In this document: in pieces, positions 15,849 to 25,224 of the stretch | How positions within the stretch are numbered: the stretch's first letter is position 1 | How the letters are laid out: each line of letters opens with the position of its first letter | Source: Candidatus Nitrospira inopinata | GTDB taxonomy: Bacteria; Nitrospirota; Nitrospiria; Nitrospirales; Nitrospiraceae | DNA length: 32,000 bases | Direction of reading: 5' to 3' | Assembly (NCBI RefSeq): GCF_001458695.1 | Contig: NZ_LN885086.1 | Location: 3,240,001-3,272,000, forward strand | The notes under the pieces: model-generated | What the model was told of the DNA's origin: nothing | Databases searched by the model: none | The model's input: only the letters and a program-made list of their open reading frames with translations | Translations under genes and position numbers: made by a program

Positions 15849-17573
15849 CTAAAAGAGAAAATATCGCTGAGCCATCGGCAGCACAATCGCCGGTTCGCAG
15901 GTGAGCCGCACCCCGTCCGCGGTCACCGCATACGTCTCCGGATCGACCTCGATCTTGGGCAGGTAAGCGTTCAGTTTCAGATCGCGTTTCTTGACGGCGC
16001 GGCAGTTCTTCACCGCAACGACGCGCTTTTGCAAGCCCAGGTTTTTTGGAATCTCCCGATCCAGCGCCGCCTGGGACACAAAGGTCAAACTGGTGCTCCA
16101 GAGCGCCCGCCCGAACGAGCCGAACATCGGTCGACTGATGACCGGCTCCGGCGTCGGAATCGACGCATTCGGATCTCCCATCTGCGCTTGGGCGATGAAC
16201 CCGCCTTTTAACACCATCTCCGGCTTCACCCCGAAGAATGCCGGCTTCCAAATCACGAGATCCGCGATCTTGCCGACCTCCACCGAACCGACCTCATGGG
16301 CGATCCCATGGGTGATGGCGGGGTTGATCGTGTATTTGGCCACATACCGTTTCGCCCGGAAATTGTCATGGCGTTCGGAGTCCTGTCCGTCGGGCGGAGC
16401 AAGGTGTCCCCGCTGGACTTTCATTTTATGAGCCGTCTGCCAGGTCCGAATAATGACCTCGCCGATCCGACCCATGGCCTGGGAATCAGAGGACATCATG
16501 CTGATCGCACCCAAGTCATGCAGGATGTCTTCAGCCGCGATCGTCTCCCGACGGATGCGGGATTCCGCGAAAGCCACGTCCTCGGGAACCCGTTTGTTTA
16601 GGTGATGACAAACGATGAGCATGTCCAAATGTTCATCCATCGTATTAACCGTAAAGGGCATCGTGGGATTGGTCGACGATGGAAGCACGTTGGGCTCGCC
16701 GCAGACCTTGATGATGTCCGGCGCATGGCCGCCGCCTGCTCCCTCCGTATGGAATGAATGGATCGTCCGGCCTTTGAAGGCCCGAATCGTGTCCTCGACG
16801 AATCCGGCTTCGTTCAACGTATCCGTATGGATGGCCACTTGGACGTCGTAACGATCGGCGACGCTTAAACAGGTATCGATCGCGGCCGGGGTCGTTCCCC
16901 AATCTTCGTGCAACTTCAAGCCGATCGCCCCGGCCTCGATCTGCTCGTTCAACCCCTCGGGCTGCGAAGAGTTGCCTTTCCCCAAAAACCCAAGATTGAT
17001 CGGAATGCCATCAGAAGCTTCCAACATGCGATGAATATTCCACGGTCCAGGAGTGCAGGTCGTCGCGTTCGTTCCGGTCGCCGGTCCGGTTCCTCCACCG
17101 ATCATGGTCGTGATGCCGGCCGAAAGCGCCTCCCAATACTGTTGAGGGCATATAAAATGGATATGTGTTTCCACGCCGCCGGCGGTCACGATACAGCCTT
17201 CGGCAGAGATGGCTTCCGTCCCGGCTCCCACTTCCATCCCTGGCGTCACGTTGGGCATGAGATCGGGATTGCCGGCCTTGCCGACTCCGACGATGCGTCC
17301 GTCCTTGATCCCGATATCCGCTTTGACGATACCCCAGTAATCGAGGATGACGGCGTTGGTGATCACCGTATCAAGCGCACCACCCGCGCTGGTGGCGCGA
17401 GACGATTGCCCCATTCCATCCCGCAACACCTTGCCGCCGCCGAAGACCGCCTCATCTCCGTACGACGTAAGGTCTTTTTCCACCTCGATCAACAACTCCG
17501 TGTCGGCCAACCTGATACGGTCTCCGACGGTGGGACCGAAGAGATCGACGTATTGTTTGCGCGGAATTTTCAC
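15849..17573 (-). CDS. ureC: urease alpha subunit UreC
   Basis: 574 aa. Motifs: [50 protein letters not shown] and MVCHHL. The GTG start overlaps the ureB stop (GTGA). Confidence 0.97.
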   Translation of the reverse strand: MKIPRKQYVDLFGPTVGDRIRLADTELLIEVEKDLTSYGDEAVFGGGKVLRDGMGQSSRATSAGGALDTVITNAVILDYWGIVKADIGIKDGRIVGVGKAGNPDLMPNVTPGMEVGAGTEAISAEGCIVTAGGVETHIHFICPQQYWEALSAGITTMIGGGTGPATGTNATTCTPGPWNIHRMLEASDGIPINLGFLGKGNSSQPEGLNEQIEAGAIGLKLHEDWGTTPAAIDTCLSVADRYDVQVAIHTDTLNEAGFVEDTIRAFKGRTIHSFHTEGAGGGHAPDIIKVCGEPNVLPSSTNPTMPFTVNTMDEHLDMLIVCHHLNKRVPEDVAFAESRIRRETIAAEDILHDLGAISMMSSDSQAMGRIGEVIIRTWQTAHKMKVQRGHLAPPDGQDSERHDNFRAKRYVAKYTINPAITHGIAHEVGSVEVGKIADLVIWKPAFFGVKPEMVLKGGFIAQAQMGDPNASIPTPEPVISRPMFGSFGRALWSTSLTFVSQAALDREIPKNLGLQKRVVAVKNCRAVKKRDLKLNAYLPKIEVDPETYAVTADGVRLTCEPAIVLPMAQRYFLF

Positions 17574-18040
17574 GCTGCCCCTCCTTTGCCGGAAAATCCC
17601 GACTCCGCCGCCCGAGCGAGCGCCTTCGACTTGACCTCGGGATCGTCCAACGATCCTTCCGTCAGGGCGTTGATGCCGTACGCCATCCGTCTGCCGGCCA
17701 ATGCAACGATCGTGACTCGTTTTTCTTCTCCCGGTTCGAATCGCACCGCCGTCCCTGCCGGAATCGACAATCGAAATCCGAACGCTTGCTCCCGATCGAA
17801 TCGCAACGCGCGGTTGACTTCGAAAAAATGACAGTGCGATCCGACCTGAATGGGACGGTCACCCGTATTCACGACGGTCAATTCTCTGGTCGGACGGCCG
17901 GCATTGGCCTCGATGTCGCCGGCGGCCAAGAATAGCTGTCCTGGAACGATCGGCCTGGCCAATTCGTTTTTGATCAAAGCACCCATGGATCTCCGTTTTG
18001 GAGTCGAAGCGGTCTTTGCCTTTCCGGATTTCTTGGTCAT
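17570..18040 (-). CDS. ureB: urease beta subunit UreB with N- and C-terminal extensions
   Basis: The core is VPGQ...[26 protein letters not shown]...[21 protein letters not shown] lies 10 nt upstream of the ATG at 18040. A 31-aa Lys/Arg-rich N-terminal tail and a C-terminal tail of about 25 aa lie outside the core. Confidence 0.9.
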   Translation of the reverse strand: MTKKSGKAKTASTPKRRSMGALIKNELARPIVPGQLFLAAGDIEANAGRPTRELTVVNTGDRPIQVGSHCHFFEVNRALRFDREQAFGFRLSIPAGTAVRFEPGEEKRVTIVALAGRRMAYGINALTEGSLDDPEVKSKALARAAESGFSGKGGAA

Positions 18041-18111
18041 GGCATGGTACCTCCCATAAAGAATTCCCCCAGGAATGAACCGCCCCCGCGGCTCACGGCC
18101 AGACGGGACGT

Positions 18112-18414
18112 CTAGCGGATCGGATCATGGATGGTGACAAGCTTGGTCCCGTCCGGGAAGGTACCCTCGACCTGCAGCTCATGAATCATTTCCGGTACGC
18201 CCGGCATCACATCCTTGCGAGAAAGCAGCGTAGTGCCGTACGTCATCAGGTCTGCCACCGACATGCCGTCTCGAATACCTTCAAGAACGGCGGCGGTCAA
18301 ATACGCGACCGCTTCCGGATGGTTGAGCTGAAGACCGCGCTTTTTCCGGTCGGCCGCCAACTGTCCGGCTGTATAAATCAACAACTTCTCCTGTTCTCTC
18401 GGAGTGAGCCGCAT
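18112..18414 (-). CDS. ureA: urease gamma subunit UreA
   Basis: 100 aa: [39 protein letters not shown]...[25 protein letters not shown] lies upstream. Confidence 0.95.
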   Translation of the reverse strand: MRLTPREQEKLLIYTAGQLAADRKKRGLQLNHPEAVAYLTAAVLEGIRDGMSVADLMTYGTTLLSRKDVMPGVPEMIHELQVEGTFPDGTKLVTIHDPIR

Positions 18415-18514
18415 GGATCCTCCTCCTGACTCGCCAATCTTTCAAAACGAACCGTTGACTGCGCCTGTCGGCCTTTGCCCGTCTTTCAATGAAGATACGC
18501 GGCAATCAACCACT

Positions 18515-19228
18515 TTAGACCGTCAGATGCTGCCGAACCATCTCCGCGCTCAACTCAGTGCTCTTTCCCTGCGCCTTGACGGCGCCCCTGGCCATGATCA
18601 CGTATTTCTCAGCCAAGCGGGCTGCAAAATGAAGTCCTTGTTCCACCAATAATATCGCGAAACGCCTGGACTTTTTGAAACCGATAATAACGTCTTCGAT
18701 GTGATCCACGATGGAGGGCTGAATGCCTTCCGTCGGCTCATCGAGCAAGAGCAATTTGGGATTGGACAAGATCGCGCGGCCGATCGCCAACTGCTGTTGT
18801 TCTCCACCGCTCAAAACACCACCCGGCCGATGGAGGATTTGTGTCAGTTTAGGAAACAGTTGATAGACCTCGTCGAACACCTCCTTTTCCGACAGGTCGC
18901 CGCTGACTTTCGGACGGTTCCAATAGCCGAGCAGAAGGTTCTCGCGGACGGTCAGGTGCGGAATGATTTCCCGCCCTTGAGGCACGTAGGCCAAGCCGTA
19001 TTTCGCCCGAAGATCAGTCTTCCAATGAGTAACGTCCTTGCCGTCGAACGTGATGGTTCCGCCCTTCACCGGCAGCAAACCCGTTAAAGTCTTCAGGGTC
19101 GTGGTCTTTCCCACCCCGTTTCTGCCCATCAGACAGACCACTTCGCCAGGGTCGATTGTGAAGGACACATTCCGTAGAATGTGACTCTCTCCATAGTAGG
19201 CGTTGACGTTTTCAAGTTTCAGCACCAT
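18515..19228 (-). CDS. urtE: urea ABC transporter ATP-binding protein UrtE
   Basis: Walker A GRNGVGKTT, signature LSGGEQQ, Walker B LLLLDEP. It is the second ATPase of the urt set. ATG 19228 (MVLKLENVNAYYG) has AGAGGA 9 nt upstream; the track ORF starts at 19249. Confidence 0.9.
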   Translation of the reverse strand: MVLKLENVNAYYGESHILRNVSFTIDPGEVVCLMGRNGVGKTTTLKTLTGLLPVKGGTITFDGKDVTHWKTDLRAKYGLAYVPQGREIIPHLTVRENLLLGYWNRPKVSGDLSEKEVFDEVYQLFPKLTQILHRPGGVLSGGEQQQLAIGRAILSNPKLLLLDEPTEGIQPSIVDHIEDVIIGFKKSRRFAILLVEQGLHFAARLAEKYVIMARGAVKAQGKSTELSAEMVRQHLTV

Positions 19229-19279
19229 GACTTTCGATCCTCTGCACATCGGAACGTAGGATGCGCCGGGCGCTACTTA

Positions 19280-20044
19280 CTAATGGGCGACTTTGGCTCG
19301 TCCCAGATAGATTTCTCTTACCTGATCGTCTGCCTGGACGTGCTCGACCGTCCCTTCACAAATAACCGTCCCTTCCGCCAGCACCGTGACGATACGGGCG
19401 ATTTGTCTCACAAAATCCATGTCGTGCTCGATGACGACGATGGCCTGTTTTTGAGAAAGAGTTTCTAGGAGACGACCTGTCTGCTCTGTTTCCTTGTCAC
19501 TCATACCGGCAACCGGCTCGTCCACGAGAAGCAACGACGGGTCTTGTAGTATCACCATGCCGATTTCCAACCACTGTTTTTGACCGTGCGAGAGCGAACC
19601 GGCTCTGTCGTACGCATGGGCCCCGAGCCCGATCATCTCCAGCGTTTCTTCGATTCGTGCGCGCTCGGCCGGCGTCGACTTGCCGACCAAGGTAGAGAAC
19701 ACTCCCTTGCTGGTGCGTTTGAGCGACAGATCCAAGTTCTCCCACACCGAAAGATTGCCGTAGATTGAGGGAGCTTGAAACTTGCGGCCCACCCCCAGTT
19801 TCGCAATGGTCTCCGCGTTCTTCGTCGTCAAATCAACGTTGTCGCCGAAGATGACCTTCCCGGAAAACGGTTTGGTTTTTCCGCAAATCACGTCCAGCAG
19901 CGTCGTCTTGCCGGCGCCGTTCGGCCCGATCACCACGCGAAGCTCATTGTGGCGGACGCTGAAGTTGCAATTGTTGAGCGCCTTAAATCCGTCGTAATCA
20001 ACCGTCACGTTTTCGCATCGGAGAATGAAGCGATCCTCGGCCAC
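19280..20044 (-). CDS. urtD: urea ABC transporter ATP-binding protein UrtD
   Basis: Walker A GPNGAGKTT, signature LSHGQKQ, Walker B LLLVDEP. I placed the start at GTG 20044, which has AAGGGGGG 7 nt upstream and lies 1 nt after the urtC stop. The track ORF uses TTG 20077. Confidence 0.9.
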   Translation of the reverse strand: MAEDRFILRCENVTVDYDGFKALNNCNFSVRHNELRVVIGPNGAGKTTLLDVICGKTKPFSGKVIFGDNVDLTTKNAETIAKLGVGRKFQAPSIYGNLSVWENLDLSLKRTSKGVFSTLVGKSTPAERARIEETLEMIGLGAHAYDRAGSLSHGQKQWLEIGMVILQDPSLLLVDEPVAGMSDKETEQTGRLLETLSQKQAIVVIEHDMDFVRQIARIVTVLAEGTVICEGTVEHVQADDQVREIYLGRAKVAH

Positions 20045-20045
20045 G

Positions 20046-21179
20046 TCAGGACCCCCCTTGCGCTTTCTGCACGGCAAGTCCCGGAGCCGGAGGCCCGCCG
20101 GAGAAAAGCTTCCTAAATATGCCGATCAGGCCGTCCGGAAACATCGTCACGACAACGACGAAGAGTCCGCCCAAAATGAACGGCCAGGCTTCAGGAAAAT
20201 AGTTCGTCAAGACACTGCGACCATAGTTCACCGTCACCGCCCCCAACACCGCCCCTACCAACGTACCTCGCCCTCCGACCGCCACCCAAATGACCACCTC
20301 AAGCGACGGCAGGACCCCAATCTGCGCCGGCGTGATGATCCCAACCTGCGGCACATATAACAACCCCGCCAGCCCCGCCAGCCCCGCCGCCACGACGAAG
20401 ACGAACAATTTATAGACCCAGGGAGTGTACCCTGAGAACACGACTCGCGATTCGCTGTCCCTTATGGCAACCAAGACCTTTCCGGTCCTCGATTCGACAA
20501 TCCAGCGGCAGAGCAGGTAGGCGCCGATAAGCGCCAGCACCGTCAAGATGTAGAGGCCCCGTTGCGTGGCGGGGTCCGAAAGTCGAAAGCCGAGAATTTG
20601 TTTGAAATCCGTCAGGCCGTTCGTTCCTCCCAACCGCGTCTCGTTGCGGTTGAAAACCAGCCACGCGGCAAAGGCAAGCGCTTGGGTGATGATGGCAAAA
20701 TACACGCCCTTGATTCTGCTGCGAAAGGCCAGAAACCCGAAAATGGTGGCAAAGAGCACGGGGACAAGAATCGCCCCCAAGAGGCCGGCCCAAAAACTCT
20801 TGAACGGGACCCAGAACCAGGGGAGCTCTTTGACTTGAGTCCATACCATGAAATCCGGAAGGTCGCTGCCATAGACACTTTCCTTCCCGATCTGCAACGC
20901 CAAATACATACCCATGCAATAGGCGCCGAACCCGAAAAACACCCCTTGCCCCAAACTCAGCACGCCGCAATAGCCCCAGGTCAAATCGAGCCCGATCGCC
21001 AGGATGGCAAAACAAAGGAACTTGCCGAACTGATTCAATCTAAAGTCGGATAGATGCAGCCAGGAATCTTCCGGCGGCAACACGTTCAACAGCGGCAGCA
21101 CAATCAGAAAGAGCGCGACCGCCGAATAAAAGGGCCATGTCTCACGGCTGTCCTGCGGCGAACGCATCGGTTCAGGCAT
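20046..21179 (-). CDS. urtC: urea ABC transporter permease UrtC
   Basis: Polytopic branched-chain-amino-acid-type (LivM-like) permease located between urtB and urtD. ATG 21179 has GGGAG about 8 nt upstream and overlaps the urtB stop by 8 nt. Alternative starts are 21167 and 21203. Confidence 0.9.
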   Translation of the reverse strand: MPEPMRSPQDSRETWPFYSAVALFLIVLPLLNVLPPEDSWLHLSDFRLNQFGKFLCFAILAIGLDLTWGYCGVLSLGQGVFFGFGAYCMGMYLALQIGKESVYGSDLPDFMVWTQVKELPWFWVPFKSFWAGLLGAILVPVLFATIFGFLAFRSRIKGVYFAIITQALAFAAWLVFNRNETRLGGTNGLTDFKQILGFRLSDPATQRGLYILTVLALIGAYLLCRWIVESRTGKVLVAIRDSESRVVFSGYTPWVYKLFVFVVAAGLAGLAGLLYVPQVGIITPAQIGVLPSLEVVIWVAVGGRGTLVGAVLGAVTVNYGRSVLTNYFPEAWPFILGGLFVVVVTMFPDGLIGIFRKLFSGGPPAPGLAVQKAQGGS

Positions 21180-22752
21180 CGGCGCTTCTCCCTTTCGCGG
21201 CAAAGAGACCGGACGGCCGCCATTGCAAGAAAAGAATCACTCCGAGGAGAATAAACACCTTTCCATACACCGCTCCGGTGAACGGCTCGATGACCTTGTT
21301 CAAGCCTCCGATCCCCAACGAGGCCCATATCGTCCCAGCCAGTTTGCCGACTCCTCCGGTCACGACCACCATGAAGGAATCGACGATGTAGTTTTGCCCA
21401 AGGCCCGGATCGACGTTGCCCACCATGGTCAGAGCCCATCCGGCAACCCCGGCCAGCCCCGAAGCGAACGCGAACGTGTAGGAATCGACTTTCCGGGTCG
21501 GAATGCCCAGACACGCGCTCATATTTCGATTCTGCGTGACGGCCCTGACGCGCATTCCCAAATTCGACCGAAACAAGAGGTAATACACGCCGACGACGCA
21601 CACGATGGACAGGACGATGATGAAAATCCTGTTGTAGGGGAGATAGACCCCCACCATCACTTGCGCTCCTCCTCTCAATGCCTGCGGCGCAATGACGGCC
21701 GTGAGATCACCGAAGTACACCCGAGCCGCCTGCATGAGAATCAAGCTGATCCCCCACGTCGCCAGCAGCGTTTCCAGGAGACGACCGTAGAGAAACCGGA
21801 TCACCGCGGCTTCGAGGACCCACCCGACCCCCGCCGCGGCGAGAAAGGCGACGGGAAGGGCAGCCGGGAAGTACCAATCGAAGACGTCCGGAGAAAACCA
21901 GTCGATAAACGCCTGTTGAGTGACGTACGTGGCGTAGGCGCCGATCATCATCAGCTCACCATGAGCCATGTTGATCACGCCCATGAGACCGAACACAATG
22001 GCGAGGCCGAGAGACATGATGAGGAGAATGGAACTCAGGCTGATGCCTCGGAACAGAGTCTCCAACACACCGGCCCACATGGACCAGGTTTCAATTCGTT
22101 CCACTGCGGCCCTTCCTGCCGAGGCCAACTCCTTTTGTTGCTCCGTCGCTTCGGACTGCTCGCCCGCTTCAATCAACTCTTTCAATGTGCTCAGGCTGTT
22201 GAGGCTTCGAAGTTCGCCCAACTTCTTGACGGCTTCCAGCCGAACGGCCGGATCGTCGGAATTCAGCTCAAGAAGATGCCACGACTCCTCCATCGTATAT
22301 CGAACCCACCAGACGTCCTCCTTGTCCGCCGCTTCCTTCAAATAGGGAATGGCCTCGACCCGGCCCGTCAAAGCGAGATCGGCGGCGGCCGATCGCCTGA
22401 AATCAGGAGATTGGTGCGTCAAGTTTGCTTTGTTTTTGAGAAGGTCAACAACAGGTTTAATGGTCTGACGCACGATCCGCGAGCCTTCGGCTCGAATTTC
22501 GTCAAGCTTTGGAATGAGCCCGGCATCTCCTTTCTCGATGAGAAAGGTGGCCGCCGCCTGGCGAATCGCGGCATCGTCGCTTTGAATTCCCAAGAGCGCC
22601 TGCTCAATGGAAAGAACGGCGACGGGGGCGAAAGCCGTCTCGGAGGGTTGAGACGATACCTCCTCTGCAAACAGCAACCTTTGATGCGGGCCCGTCACCG
22701 CCGACAGGACCGTCAGCAGAATGATGACCGCGACACACCGCCATCCTTTCAT
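21172..22752 (-). CDS. urtB: urea ABC transporter permease UrtB, long form with an N-terminal HEAT-like repeat domain
   Basis: The C-terminal roughly 300 aa is a LivH-like permease (LGLAIVFGLMGVINMAHGE...). The N-terminal roughly 230 aa has a signal-like helix followed by HEAT/PBS-lyase-like repeats (DAAIRQAAATFLIEKGDAGLIPKL; PDFRRSAAADLALTGRVEAIPYL; DPAVRLEAVKKLGELRS). I preferred ATG 22752 over the TTG at 22770. Confidence 0.9.
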   Translation of the reverse strand: MKGWRCVAVIILLTVLSAVTGPHQRLLFAEEVSSQPSETAFAPVAVLSIEQALLGIQSDDAAIRQAAATFLIEKGDAGLIPKLDEIRAEGSRIVRQTIKPVVDLLKNKANLTHQSPDFRRSAAADLALTGRVEAIPYLKEAADKEDVWWVRYTMEESWHLLELNSDDPAVRLEAVKKLGELRSLNSLSTLKELIEAGEQSEATEQQKELASAGRAAVERIETWSMWAGVLETLFRGISLSSILLIMSLGLAIVFGLMGVINMAHGELMMIGAYATYVTQQAFIDWFSPDVFDWYFPAALPVAFLAAAGVGWVLEAAVIRFLYGRLLETLLATWGISLILMQAARVYFGDLTAVIAPQALRGGAQVMVGVYLPYNRIFIIVLSIVCVVGVYYLLFRSNLGMRVRAVTQNRNMSACLGIPTRKVDSYTFAFASGLAGVAGWALTMVGNVDPGLGQNYIVDSFMVVVTGGVGKLAGTIWASLGIGGLNKVIEPFTGAVYGKVFILLGVILFLQWRPSGLFAAKGRSADA

Positions 22753-22900
22753 GGATCCTCTCTCAGACAAGGTGAAGGACCATAATCGGCTTCAGGATGA
22801 AGAAGCGAAAATCTGGTTCCTCGGACCATCCCCTCCATCCGGCCCGCCATGATTTCTTGGGCGGGCTCATCCTCACGGAATGGCCCGCCGCTCATTTATG

Positions 22901-24271
22901 CTACTTCTTCTGATACGTCCCCTGATGATTCACCCAATCGCACCCTTTCTCGGGATTCGTAAACTCGCTCCAAGGTTCGGGTTTGACCAATCCCTTGGAT
23001 CGCCAGATCACCTTGAACTGACCGTCCTTGAGGATTTCCCCGATGAGCACGGGCTTATGCGTGTGATGATTGCAGCAGTCCATCATGATGGTCCCGCCGG
23101 GAGCCAGAAACTTTTGGTTGTAGACGGCCTGGCGAACCTTGTCGACCTCGGTTGAGCCGGCCTGCTCAACAGCCTGCTTCCACACATACACGCCGAAATA
23201 GGCGGCTTCGATCGGATCATCCGTCACCCGATTCTCGCCGTCCGGCAAGTTATTTCGCTTGCAGTACGCCTTGAAATTCGCGACGAACTTCTTGTTTTGA
23301 GGCGTATCCACACTTTGAAAATAGTTCCACGCGGCCAGGTGTCCGACCAACGCCGTCGTGTCCATTCCTCGCAATTCGTCTTCGGCCACGCTGAAGGCCA
23401 TGATCGGAGCGTCTTCCGCCCTCAGTCCCTGGTTGGCGAATTCTTTGTAAAAGGGAACATTGCTGTCGCCGTTGATCGTGCTGATGACGGCGGCTCCTCC
23501 GCCGGCCGCGAATTTTTTGATCTTGCCGCAGATAGTTTGATAATCCTGATGATGGAAAGGAGTGTATTCTTCCGCAATGTTGGCCGGTGGCACCCCTTTG
23601 GCCAGCAGCATCGCCCGAAGAATTTTGTTCGTCGTGCGAGGATAGACGTAGTCGCTCCCCAACAAATAAAACTTTTTGTACGAGCCTCCTTCCGGACTCA
23701 TGAGGTATTCGACGGCCGGCTGCGCCTGTTGATTGACGGCGGCGCCGGTGTAGAACACGTTCCGCGAACATTCCTCGCCTTCGTACTGAACAGGATAAAA
23801 GAGCAGGCCGTTGTTCTTCTCGAAGACGGGCAGGACGGATTTTCGGCTGACCGACGTCCAGCAGCCGAAGACGACGGACACTTTATCCTGCAACAACAAC
23901 TGTTTGGCTTTTTCTGCAAAGAGATCCCAATTGGAAGCGGGATCAACAACGACGGGCTGGATCTCCCGTCCCATCACACCGCCGGCTTTGTTAATTTCTT
24001 CCACCGCCATCAGCACGACGTCGCGCAACGACACTTCACTGATGGCCATGGTGCCGCTCAGTGAATGAAGAACGCCGATTTTGATTGGTGGTCCACCCGC
24101 CGCATAGGAGAGGGCGTAGTTTCCAAGATTGCCCAATAGGGCGGCAACCCCTACGCCTGCGGCTATTTTCCCGCTTTGAGAGAGGAACTCTCGCCTCGAT
24201 GACCCGCTATCGGTAGCGCTCTCTTCCGTTTTGCTGAGGTTTTCCGTACACGGTGGCATTCCCGTTTCCAT
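22901..24271 (-). CDS. urtA: urea ABC transporter substrate-binding protein UrtA
   Basis: The mature part is a type I periplasmic binding protein (IKIGVLHSLSGTMAISE, VVFGCWTSVSRK). The signal is twin-arginine-like (SRREFLSQSGKIAAGVGVAAL). AAGGAG lies 8 nt upstream of ATG 24271; the track ORF begins at GTG 24280. Confidence 0.9.
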   Translation of the reverse strand: METGMPPCTENLSKTEESATDSGSSRREFLSQSGKIAAGVGVAALLGNLGNYALSYAAGGPPIKIGVLHSLSGTMAISEVSLRDVVLMAVEEINKAGGVMGREIQPVVVDPASNWDLFAEKAKQLLLQDKVSVVFGCWTSVSRKSVLPVFEKNNGLLFYPVQYEGEECSRNVFYTGAAVNQQAQPAVEYLMSPEGGSYKKFYLLGSDYVYPRTTNKILRAMLLAKGVPPANIAEEYTPFHHQDYQTICGKIKKFAAGGGAAVISTINGDSNVPFYKEFANQGLRAEDAPIMAFSVAEDELRGMDTTALVGHLAAWNYFQSVDTPQNKKFVANFKAYCKRNNLPDGENRVTDDPIEAAYFGVYVWKQAVEQAGSTEVDKVRQAVYNQKFLAPGGTIMMDCCNHHTHKPVLIGEILKDGQFKVIWRSKGLVKPEPWSEFTNPEKGCDWVNHQGTYQKK

Positions 24272-25224
24272 GAGCATCACTCCTTTCAGTTGCCGTGAGA
24301 TGCAAACTTCCGGTTGATGCGCGATTTATGGAACTTTGCCAAAACGTTCCGACGCTCTGGTTCCTGCCACACCCGAAAACCCGACTCGGCTATCGGCTAC
24401 ATTCCCTCCTTTCTCGAGACGCCAATAAGGCTGTTGGTTGTATTTTGAATGATGCCCTTCCCGCTCCTTGAAATACCTCGGTCATCCTCAGAACTCGACA
24501 TCACGACCGACTATCCGATTTTTCCTGTTTTTCCAGCGCTATCGCCCTTATAAAGAAAGACCTTCCAGCCTGTCAAGCGCTCTTCCCCGGATTCAACGTC
24601 ATGCGGAACAATGTTGTTCGCATACCGAAAATACACCCAGGCCGCTGCGCGCCGTCGCAGGATTCCTGCGATGTCTGAAGAGACCACGTGGTAGCCAAAG
24701 GTAAAAGGAATTTGGAACGACAACGACACCGGACGGCATAGTTGCAGGACAAAACTCCGCAGAGCATCATCGACTGCTCCGGAGCCATTATGATCTCTTA
24801 GCGAGCTACCTCCGCATAGACTCGGATGACAAGCCCGGCAAACGACGATACGGGACCGGCCTCTCGCCGCGATTGTGGATGATTCAAGTTATTGAGGGAT
24901 TGACAGGTTTCACTCGTTTCTATAGACTCCCCCCACCTTACAGGACTTCCCAATAAGAAAAAGAGAGACCTCAGCCATGGACATGGACATCGGTCTCTTA
25001 CATCCCATCCTCCCATCCTCTGTCACGACAGTTGTTTTGATCGGTTGTAGACTTCCGATGCCCCTTCGCAGTGAAGAAGAGACTTCGTACGGCCTTTGGA
25101 ACAAGCCCATTTTTTCGACACGATTGTGTCCCTGTGCGTCCAGGTGGATCCCGCCTTTTCATCAACGATGAACGGACGGGATCTGTAGAGCATCTTTAAT
25201 CACTACCACAAAGGAGGCGCCATC

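Noticed and set aside
16908-17831. 307-aa plus-strand ORF antisense to ureC/ureB
   Set aside because: It lies opposite unmistakable urease subunit genes and is low-complexity.
21223-22785. 520-aa plus-strand ORF antisense to urtB
   Set aside because: The translation is Arg/His/Pro/Gly/Asp-rich and low-complexity, with no motif. It lies entirely opposite a well-supported permease gene. This is a typical GC-rich antisense artefact.
24300-24370. Sigma54 (-24/-12) promoter upstream of urtA (minus-strand TGGCAGGAACCAGAGC and TTGGCAAAGTTCC)
   Set aside because: The GG-to-GC spacing is off by at least one position, and the -12 TTGC element is absent.
24281-24470. Guanidine/ykkC-type or other riboswitch in the urtA leader
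   Set aside because: I could not find the conserved ykkC core segments or an obvious multi-stem architecture by eye. A covariance-model scan is needed to exclude it fully.
24468-25171. Short ORFs (62-78 aa, both strands) in the urtA-porin spacer, possibly a decayed gene
   Set aside because: They overlap each other in different frames and have no RBS or motif. Part of 24511..24729 (-) looks vaguely beta-strand-like, but I could not match it to the porin or to any family.
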